From NCBI RefSeq assembly GCF_964204865.1, contig NC_135263.1, forward strand, positions 2,852,001-2,916,000: 64,000 nucleotides of DNA, read 5' to 3'. The first letter of the stretch is position 1. Each line of letters opens with the position of its first letter. The notes under the pieces were generated by a model that was not told the origin of the DNA, did not search any database, and saw only the letters and a program-made list of their open reading frames with translations. The translations under genes and the position numbers were made by a program. The DNA is from Styela clava. Taxonomy: Eukaryota. This document shows, in pieces, positions 53,296 through 62,186 of the stretch.

Positions 53296-56200
53296 GTTGT
53301 CCCTCCAAATATGTAGGTTTTGGGTTTGAGCTAAGTACACTTTCCTTTTTACAGGGGGTTCTCTGACATTCTAATATTCTTACTATGTGTCTATTGAGAG
53401 GATAATATTGGCAACAGTGGAGAATTTTTTAATGGAATAACGTCTGTATTCATGGCATATTTTTGCCTTTGGTGTACCCAAAGAAGACTGCTTCTATTCT
53501 TGAGTTCATTCAAAGGTAGGTTGAAACAACTTCTATCGAGCATTTTATGACAACTTAATGGTAGTAGTCTGAGTAAATATATTTTTTTGCATACAACTAC
53601 TCTGATTCTAACTTGACTGCTGTCCAGGATTATTAGTTGTGCTCAATAGAAAGCATTATATTAGAACTTTATATGTAGTTAAAAAACAGACGAGATGTGC
53701 GTGTTTCTCTGACTTTGTATTTGGCATCACATAATGGGGTTGTCAACACCTGCCTGAATATTGGCTGGCACTTGCTAATTGTGCATATATGTTTGCTTAG
53801 GATTTATGACCTCTTTCCTTTCATATATTTCGGTAAGCGGGCAGTAACACTGAAGAAAAGAAAATTCGACATGAGATCAACCCGAAGGTTGCTGAAGAAA
53901 ATATGCGACCTCTAGAATATGCGAACTCACTATATATAATTTTAAATACACTGTGTAACGAGAAAAATCAGTTTTTTACCTAGTTTTCCTGTTAGCTTAC
54001 ATTGAGGAAATCACATTTTTTCTTTTTAAAGTTTGATTTTGAATTTTTCTAGATTTTCAACTATAGTCCAAGTAGATTTCACATTTAAGTCCTCATATGC
54101 AGTCACCCATCCTTCGCTCATAGTACTGTCATTGGAAAAGGACGTTAACGTATTCTGAATTTGTGAACGTCCATTATCAATGGCGGTACAATGAGCGAGA
54201 AATAGGTGACTATGTATATTAGTACCTAAATCGACTTGTTGGAAATCTAGTAGTAAAAAACATCTTTTTTTGATTAATTTTCAGTCTTTTAGCTTGCCAA
54301 AACGTTATTCAACATATTTTGGTGTTAAATTATTCAAGATATTTTAATTAGAATGCAAGGAATACGGCTCTGAAATATCAAAACACTAGAAAATCGCTCC
54401 AGACTATATTGAAATGAAAATTTTTGGCTGTTTTTGGTGAAATTTCTCACGAAAACCTGATTTGGGGAAATCCACTAATTTTCAAAATCAAACTTGAATA
54501 ATATAATGTACTGTTCCTCAGATTTAGACCGTAACCAATTGGAAGCCAAAAACAATATATTTTTTGGGGGATGGGCGGCAAATATTAGGATTTCTAGCTT
54601 GAGTTTATGGTCGTATTTGGAAATAGTCTTTTAAGTCTTGGCGCATGCTGAGAAATTTGTTATTTCGATGTGATGGAAAATATGCCTAAAAATCACCTAA
54701 AAACATATTGAAAGTTTTGGGGGCGTTACCACATCCGCTGTCTGGGCCTGTGATTTTTATGTCCATTTTTTTGGTGATTCGTTTTTGAGAATAAACTTCT
54801 CTAAGTTTGTTTTAGTTAATCTTTCTTAAGATTGGGTGTTAATTAGAGAATACACGGAATTCCAAGTTTGAATTGCTGCCACGGAATTCCCTGTAACTGC
54901 ATATACAAGGAAATTCTATCACGTATTTTACACGAACATTCATGTCAAGTATACATGTAAGTCGTGTACTTTCTACATGGAAAAGCAGGTCGGTTTCACT
55001 TGGAATTAAGGTGAAATCAACTCGGAAAGTCAGATAAATATTATCGGGAATTCCCTGCAATTTGGGCTGTGAAAACGGGATTGTCCTGTAATTTTTACAA
55101 GGCAAATTGAGTAATTTTAAGCGGAAAATACCGTAAAAATTGCTGCCATGGAATACCATGTAAAAATTTGTAACAGTGTATGTAGACTAGTTTATACTAA
55201 GGGTGAGAGTTTTCTTTCCCGGTTCACTTAAGTTCTCAGCGTGACGTCAGTTGCCATTTCTGTGACGCTTTTGTTCATAATTTGACCGTGTCTGACTCAG
55301 TTATCTTCTCGATCTATATGTTTGGTTCCGAGAGAGGTTTCCCGAGGCCATAATTTTATAGAGTACCGGTTTTATATGCACTGTTTGTACTGCCATCTAT
55401 TTACTTTGGGTTGGATTTGAATACATGTGGTAGGTTTCTAATCTCATTGTTAGATTCTTGTGCATCAATTTCACTTAAACAGGCCAAATAAGATCTTTAA
55501 ATTAGCACCCTAAATAACATATTGTCTGTATTATCATTACAACTACAAGTAAAAAAAAATAAATAATAGACAAAAGTGACTGTGATGCTTGTTTTGTCCC
55601 ACACGAAAAACACATAAAATCGATTTATTTATTGCTCCTATTCATTTATTAGTGAGCAGTAGACGACCACACAAGTAAGCTTATTTCAAGACAATATCAA
55701 CCTTCATTTAATGACATATTTGAAAAGAAATTTCGAAATTGGTACTATTTATATATTCATTATAAATTATTTGGCGATTTAAAAATCATATACAAAATCG
55801 ATAGCGCAAATGCTGCACCTTTAAAAAGTAGGTTTACTTTGAGAAAAATTATAGGATTTCAACACAAAATATGGACACATAGCCTACTACTAGATAATTG
55901 GAAAGCGGTTTGCTAAAAGCTACATTTAAAACAGCATGCTACATATATATAGAAAATAGCCACATACATATGTGGAACAGCGTGACGCTAGTAATTGGGT
56001 TACATACTAATCAAATACGTGAAAATGGTTATAGATAGTCTACACATAAAACAGAATGATATATACATATAAAAAGAAGCTACATACATATGAAACAATG
56101 TGGCATCAGTAATTAACGCGCGGCGCAAATTAACTCCACGTTGCGAAACTGCAAAGCAAAAGCGATTTGTCTAAGCTAGAATTATCGATAACTGGCGGGT

Positions 56201-56800
56201 GGACTGAAGATTTCATTGGCAGGTATGGATCTCTAATGTGAATAAAACAGCGGATAATAACGCAATCGCATTGAAATTGTCGTTTTTATCAAAAAGTAAG
56301 GAATGTTCCTTTAACTGCAAAAAAGGCATAGTGGCTATTTCATCCACGGAAAAAGTTTTGTAAAACACGAATCAATCTGAGGGGTTTTACTTGTTGCTAT
56401 TACAAATTAAAAATATGAGAGTTTCGAATCGACTGGATTTTTCCCTGCGATATTAAATGGTAGCGGTATAAGATGCTGTGAATCAAATATTTTCGGTATA
56501 TCTGTAAGATATATTAACTGATGTAATTTATCTGTCTGTATGTGTTATTTTATAGGTCAGCACACAAAGTCGTTATTTAAATGCGCAATCTCTCCCGTCC
56601 GTTAATTGTCCGCTACACGCGTGTCTGAGCGCTTCCTCCACCCCCTCCCCCACTTGCATTGTCTTCCTCGTCGCCACATAGACACAGACACAGTCCTTTC
56701 AAAAGTACTTGGGAACCACGAACCCAAGTGACGATGAATGAGGCACCAAATCTTCCGCCCCGGGCAGCACGTAGAGTTCGCATTATTTGAGACCTATATT

Positions 56801-58249
56801 ATGAATTCCTATTCTACAGCTGTGAAACATGGAGTGGCGGAAAAAGTTCCGATTGCTCGAGATAAGAGAAAAGCTGTCAACATGGCCATACCCAGACCTC
56901 ATTGTTTACAAATGAAGTTCGAAAGAAATCATCCGGATGTGTTGGAAAAGGGACTGCGAGCGACAGCGAAAAATATTGTACTAAAAGGCGTTACAACTAA
57001 GCAAATCGTTAGTATAGCAGTAAGACCGTACCATACAGTCGATGTCACATGCCGCACTAGAGCAGAGATACTAACACTGGATAAATACCTGAAACAGCAA
57101 AATATAGCTGGATTTAAATGGTTTTTATACGTTGAAGAAAATACAACAGTGAATATATCATGGATTCCAGGGCATATTAAAAAACAGCAACTTCGTTCTA
57201 CATTGTTAGAATTTGTAAAAGAGTTGGATTCTGACATCCAGGAAGCAAAGGATGAAGATGGCATTTTAAATGGATGGATGTATGTATCAGTGCCTACAAA
57301 CCAAATTCAGCAACATCCCATACCAAGTTTCATCTATGTAGAAGGGTGCATGATATCTGTTAAATATCGCGGGCAGCAACAAACATGTATGAAGTGTAAT
57401 GAAGTTGGACACTTTAAATTCGAATGCCCAAAGCAAAATAGATTTATAAACCCTTTGAAAAAGCAAGACAGATTCACCGACAAACAAACATTGATAAGAA
57501 TAAATGATAAAACACAAAGTGAAGGATTGACCACTGATTACAATGATGAAAATGCAGTCAAGCGTGACCACCATAACAATGCTGATAACAGTACTCCAAG
57601 TGTTTTCACTTTAGCAGATTTTATGCCAACTACAGACGAACCTAATTCAAATGATGACAAAAGTGCTGGGTCGAACGATCGTGACTTGGAGACTTCAAAT
57701 ACACCAATGGAGGTCAATGAACAATCTGGAGTTAAAAGATGTAGATCGCCTGATCAGAAAAAACATTTGGCAAATATTAGGCCAAGACTGGATAGCGTAA
57801 ACGACATTGATATACCAAAATGTATTGTATGCGAAGACCAACTTGAAATAATGGACGACAACGCTAAAGAAGCTATCTGCTACAACTGTGAAATCAGGTA
57901 TGAGATTATTAAGCAATGCTGTACTGAAAACGGATACTTTGCTGCAAGTGAAGAGCAAATCAAAAATAGAAATGTGAAATGCAATGTCTGTAACACAGCT
58001 ATGCCACTTACACCTTGTTGTAATGGTATTGGTGAAATATTGGAAAATGATGTTGCTAGGTGTACCACTTGTGAAAATTTATTTCTGAAGTGTTGTTGCT
58101 CTGCTTTGAACACCCTACCAGTGGAGAATGGTTTCGATAAATGCCATAGCGTAGGCTGTGGTAGCTACATAATGCATTGTCCTTGTGGTAGCGTTTCGTA
58201 TACCGATGAATCTTTAGAATGCAGATGTGGAAATACTCTAAATGGCTGA
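56801..58249 (+). CDS. ORF1 (gag-like nucleic-acid-binding protein, ~482 aa) with a CCHC knuckle and a C-terminal Cys-rich array
   Basis: MNSYSTAVK start (SYAxAV-like motif), CMKCNEVGHFKFEC knuckle, and 21 Cys in the last ~140 aa. The upstream ATG at 56738 is in host sequence. Confidence 0.88.
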   Translation: MNSYSTAVKHGVAEKVPIARDKRKAVNMAIPRPHCLQMKFERNHPDVLEKGLRATAKNIVLKGVTTKQIVSIAVRPYHTVDVTCRTRAEILTLDKYLKQQNIAGFKWFLYVEENTTVNISWIPGHIKKQQLRSTLLEFVKELDSDIQEAKDEDGILNGWMYVSVPTNQIQQHPIPSFIYVEGCMISVKYRGQQQTCMKCNEVGHFKFECPKQNRFINPLKKQDRFTDKQTLIRINDKTQSEGLTTDYNDENAVKRDHHNNADNSTPSVFTLADFMPTTDEPNSNDDKSAGSNDRDLETSNTPMEVNEQSGVKRCRSPDQKKHLANIRPRLDSVNDIDIPKCIVCEDQLEIMDDNAKEAICYNCEIRYEIIKQCCTENGYFAASEEQIKNRNVKCNVCNTAMPLTPCCNGIGEILENDVARCTTCENLFLKCCCSALNTLPVENGFDKCHSVGCGSYIMHCPCGSVSYTDESLECRCGNTLNG

Positions 58250-61200
58250 TATTAAATTGAAAATAGCCTCTTTAAATACAGGAGGTATACGAGAATATTC
58301 AAAAAGACGAGAAATTTTTTTGTTATTGAAGAAGAAGGGATTTAATCTTGTCTTCCTACAAGAAACACATAGCAAACAGAATGACGAGAAACAATGGCTG
58401 AGAGAATGGGGTGGTTCTGGAATTTTTTGTAATTACTCGACCAATTCAAGAGGTTTGTGTATTCTATTCGGAAACAATATTTCATTCTCACTGCACACTC
58501 AACATAATGATCCTCAAGGAAGATTTCTCGTGGCCGACATAACTATCGGTGTTGAAAGACTTATTCTGGCAAATATGTATGGACCAAATAACGATAATCC
58601 TAATTGTTTTTTGGAACTACTTCATACTCTTGAGAGCCAACAGAGCCAGCAATTCATAGTTGGAGGTGACTTCAATGTAGTCCTTGACAGTAAAATGGAT
58701 AAAGTGGGCGGCCGAATAAACCATAAAAATAATAAATCAGGACAGATGTTGCATAATATTATGGAAGAACTGAATTTACAAGATTCCTTTAGAGTAATAA
58801 ATCCAAGCAAGAAAGCATACTCCCATTTTCATAAACAATCAAAAACTGCCACCCGAATTGATATGGTGCTAATTTCTCAACATTTATTGCAATATCAGTG
58901 CAAAGCCGATATTATACCTTGTGTTTTGTCTGACCATTCTATAGCATCGTTAATGATTGATATCAATCCTGTCCCCAGAGGTACCGGATACTGGAAGCTG
59001 AACACTTCCTTGTTAAATGATGAGAAATATGTTACTCAAATTAGACAAGTAATCCAAAATACCATAATGGACCACAGCATGGAATACGTTGATCCAAATT
59101 TTATGTGGGATACAATGAAATTAATAATTCGTGGGGAATCAATAGCCTATGCAAGTAGGAGAAAAAAGCTGTGTGAAAAAAAGATGAAAGATCTTGAAAT
59201 ATTAATATCTTCGCTAGAAACCAAGTATGCCAGTCACCAATCTGATGACAATATGCAACAACTGGAAATTGCAAAGCAGTCTCTAAATGAATTGTTGAAG
59301 CAAAAAACTCGTGGCTACCTGATTAGAAGTAAAATTAAATGGGCTGAAGAAGGGGAACATAATACAAAATATTTTTTCGGTCTTGAAAAGAGGCATAAAC
59401 AAAGGACATCTATTGCACAACTGTATGAAAATGATAGAATAATCTCAGATCAAGAACAAATATTGAAATGTATCAAATTATTTTATACAGAATTATACTC
59501 GGAAACATCATCACATTATGTTGATATAGAAGAAATATTGCAAGGGATCGATATACCACACATGGAACCTGAAGTTTCAGACCTATGTCCTGGTGTTATC
59601 ACAGAAGGTGCTTGTTTCGAGGCTTTGAAATCCATGAAATCTGACAAAACACCCGGGCTTGATGGTCTTCCAGCAGAGTTTTATAAGGTGTTTTGGAAGG
59701 ATATCAAACATCTTTTGATGGCTAGCTACAATCATTCATTTTGTAAAGGGACTTTAAGCAAAACACAGAAAAGAGGATTAATAACTCTTCTTCCTAAGAA
59801 AGGACAAACTGAACATTGTATAAGCAATTATCGCCCAATAACTTTATTAAACGTGGACTATAAAATACTGAGCAAAACATTAACAAACCAAATGAGTAAT
59901 GTAATCAACGAAATTGTTGATCTTGATCAAACTGGATTTATTAAGGGGAGGAATATAGGGGATAATATTCGACTGATTTGTGATGTGATTGACATAACCG
60001 TTGCTGAATCATTGCCTGGGGCTTTAATTTTCCTTGATATACAAAAAGCATATGATAGTGTGAAATGGGATTTCTTGTTCAAAATTCTTCATATATTTGG
60101 ATTTGATCTTAAATTCATAAAATGGGTTAAAATCCTTTACAATGATATACAGTGTTGTGTTACAAACAATGGTCATATTTCAAATGATTTTGTAGTCCAT
60201 AGAGGCCTAAGGCAAGGTGATTCTTTCAGTTGTCTTACATTTTTACTGGTAATTGAAATTTTTGCAAACATGGTCAGGCAAAACCCAAAAATTGAACCCA
60301 TAAAATGGAGGGATATTTCTATAAAAATTTCTATGCTTGCTGATGATGTGACAGTAATGACCAATGGATCAAAATCTAGTATTGATGCCCTTTTTCAAAC
60401 TTCAAACATTTTTGGGATTATATCTGGGTGCAAAATTAATATAGCAAAATGTCAAGCAATGTATATTGGCACTAAGATTGGAACCTCCCCGATTAGTAGT
60501 GAATATGGTCTGAATTGGAACGATGAAATTAAAATATTGGGTGTTATTCTGTCAAACAAAATGGAGGGTATATACAGCAAAAATTTTCCTCAAATATTAG
60601 ATAAAGTCAAAAAGCTACTTCAGGTGTGGAAAACAAGAAATTTGACGTTTTTGGGAAGGGTTTGCATTATTAAGTCTCTCATTCTACCCCAGATATTATA
60701 CCATGCAACTGTTTTACCAATCGATGTTCCTGAAAGTTTTTTGACTGAATTGAATAGAAATATATATGTTTTTATATGGGGTTCAACTTGGGAGCGGATC
60801 AAACGAAATACATTGATTGGCCCCAAAGAAAAGGGAGGTGTTGATATGATAGATATAAAAAATTTTATTGTTGCCCAAAAAATTAAATTCATTCAAACAC
60901 TCTTGAATGAGGAAGTTAATCCAGTGTGGAAATTGATTGAGATGGAAGTGCTTAGCCAATACTGTTTTCAAGCATTGCTTGAAGGAAAATTGAGCTCAAA
61001 TTCATATGTTCTGAAGCATTTACCTTTAACATCCATACGAAATGTATTTAAAAACTGGTATTTCTGTAAAAATGTGCTTTTTGATTGGAAAATGTCAAAT
61101 TTTGATCAACCTATATGGTACAACAAAAGTATTTCTTATGCCAGAAAACAATTTTTTATAAAGTCTTGGTATGATCATGGTATAAAAGCTGTAAGACATT

Positions 61201-62027
61201 TAGCAAATGTGGGTAATTTGTTTACTTATAGAGAGTTGACTGAAAAATATGGCATGCAATATAGTGATGAAGAGTATGTGAATTATTATCGCATCACTGG
61301 AGTTCTACCCGATTATTGGTTATGCAATATTGGAAACTGTGTTGATTTTAGTGTAATAAGTGACACTGAAGAGAATGTATGTCATTTTATTTCTGAAACA
61401 TTCGAATCAGGAAAAGTAAATAAAAGCATCTATAAAAAGTTGAACCTTATCAAATTTATATCCCCTGATAAATCAAGAAAAAAATGGACAGATCTTTTGT
61501 ATTTAGAGAGTGATTTTAATTGGAATAAATTGTATATGGATATCTTTTATTGTACTATTGAAACTAAATTGCAATCTTTTCATGTAAAGCTATTTCATGG
61601 TGCCATAGTACTAAACGATAGATTGTATAAATTTAAACTTGTTTCATCAGAGTTATGTGATTTCTGTCATTCGAATGTTGAAACTACTGACCATTTCTTC
61701 TATGATTGTATAGTTGTCCAACAGTTTTGGGAATTTCTGAACATGTGGATATATTCAAAAACAGGGATTAATTTTAACTTTTCAAAGAAAGATTGCATGT
61801 TGGGATATGTTTGCCAATTCTATAACAAATTGTGTAATTGTATACTTCTTACTGCCCGGTTTTATCTATATCGTTGTAAGATACAGAAAAAGAAACCACT
61901 GTTCTATGTTTTTACCTCATATCTTCATGAAGTGAGGGAAATTGAGCGGTTCATTGCACATAAAAATGGCAAAATAAAGAAACATTATCAAAAATGGAAA
62001 ATTTTAGGATATACACACAATAATTGA
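58242..62027 (+). CDS. ORF2 polyprotein: APE endonuclease, reverse transcriptase, C-terminal zinc-binding domain (1261 aa)
   Basis: SLNTGG, LQETH, GGDFN, RID and SDH (APE). WKLN, PGLDG, YRPITLLNVDYK, DIQKAYD, GLRQGD and LADD (RT). CDFC..ETTDHFFYDC. Confidence 0.97.
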   Translation: MADIKLKIASLNTGGIREYSKRREIFLLLKKKGFNLVFLQETHSKQNDEKQWLREWGGSGIFCNYSTNSRGLCILFGNNISFSLHTQHNDPQGRFLVADITIGVERLILANMYGPNNDNPNCFLELLHTLESQQSQQFIVGGDFNVVLDSKMDKVGGRINHKNNKSGQMLHNIMEELNLQDSFRVINPSKKAYSHFHKQSKTATRIDMVLISQHLLQYQCKADIIPCVLSDHSIASLMIDINPVPRGTGYWKLNTSLLNDEKYVTQIRQVIQNTIMDHSMEYVDPNFMWDTMKLIIRGESIAYASRRKKLCEKKMKDLEILISSLETKYASHQSDDNMQQLEIAKQSLNELLKQKTRGYLIRSKIKWAEEGEHNTKYFFGLEKRHKQRTSIAQLYENDRIISDQEQILKCIKLFYTELYSETSSHYVDIEEILQGIDIPHMEPEVSDLCPGVITEGACFEALKSMKSDKTPGLDGLPAEFYKVFWKDIKHLLMASYNHSFCKGTLSKTQKRGLITLLPKKGQTEHCISNYRPITLLNVDYKILSKTLTNQMSNVINEIVDLDQTGFIKGRNIGDNIRLICDVIDITVAESLPGALIFLDIQKAYDSVKWDFLFKILHIFGFDLKFIKWVKILYNDIQCCVTNNGHISNDFVVHRGLRQGDSFSCLTFLLVIEIFANMVRQNPKIEPIKWRDISIKISMLADDVTVMTNGSKSSIDALFQTSNIFGIISGCKINIAKCQAMYIGTKIGTSPISSEYGLNWNDEIKILGVILSNKMEGIYSKNFPQILDKVKKLLQVWKTRNLTFLGRVCIIKSLILPQILYHATVLPIDVPESFLTELNRNIYVFIWGSTWERIKRNTLIGPKEKGGVDMIDIKNFIVAQKIKFIQTLLNEEVNPVWKLIEMEVLSQYCFQALLEGKLSSNSYVLKHLPLTSIRNVFKNWYFCKNVLFDWKMSNFDQPIWYNKSISYARKQFFIKSWYDHGIKAVRHLANVGNLFTYRELTEKYGMQYSDEEYVNYYRITGVLPDYWLCNIGNCVDFSVISDTEENVCHFISETFESGKVNKSIYKKLNLIKFISPDKSRKKWTDLLYLESDFNWNKLYMDIFYCTIETKLQSFHVKLFHGAIVLNDRLYKFKLVSSELCDFCHSNVETTDHFFYDCIVVQQFWEFLNMWIYSKTGINFNFSKKDCMLGYVCQFYNKLCNCILLTARFYLYRCKIQKKKPLFYVFTSYLHEVREIERFIAHKNGKIKKHYQKWKILGYTHNN

Positions 62028-62128
62028 TTATTTTTATATGATGAATTGTGATTATGTAGTTTCTATGAATATTGATTAATAATGCTGTAGATATTGTAGA
62101 TGTATCGATTAACTGTGTTTTATATAAT

Positions 62129-62138
62129 AATAAATATA

Positions 62139-62184
<46 letters not shown>
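62129..62184 (+). other. Polyadenylation signal and 43-nt poly(A) tail of the retrotransposon
   Basis: AATAAA at 62129-62134 and an uninterrupted A run at 62142-62184. Confidence 0.92.

Positions 62185-62186
<2 letters not shown>

Larger units (their letters stand above)
50717..55178 (+). mobile_element. CMC/EnSpm (CACTG-type) DNA transposon, internally deleted, with nested MITEs
   Basis: TIRs CACTGTTAAAAATTT / AAATTTGTAACAGTG, TA flanks, and subterminal ccgtaaaa and ggaattcc repeats. Coding relics: a C2H2 finger (CSLTTCQKSF...KHVN), WPFIF..FLDEHFTYT and VYPKKTASILEFIQR, typical of the animal EnSpm accessory (SAMD3-like) ORF. Confidence 0.8.
56751..62184 (+). mobile_element. Intact L1/Tx1-clade non-LTR retrotransposon
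   Basis: ORF1 (RRM-like region, CCHC knuckle) and ORF2 (APE, RT, C-terminal Cys/His domain) overlap by 8 nt. Short 3'UTR, AATAAA at 62129 and a pure 43-A tail. Both ends are defined by the interrupted host exon. Confidence 0.95.

Noticed and set aside
56738-56800. 503-aa ORF1 start given in the ORF track
   Set aside because: The ATG lies in the interrupted host exon, outside the element. 56801 is the better start.
56929-60971. Antisense ORFs within the retrotransposon (ORF0-like)
   Set aside because: Short shadows of the long sense ORFs with no recognisable motifs.
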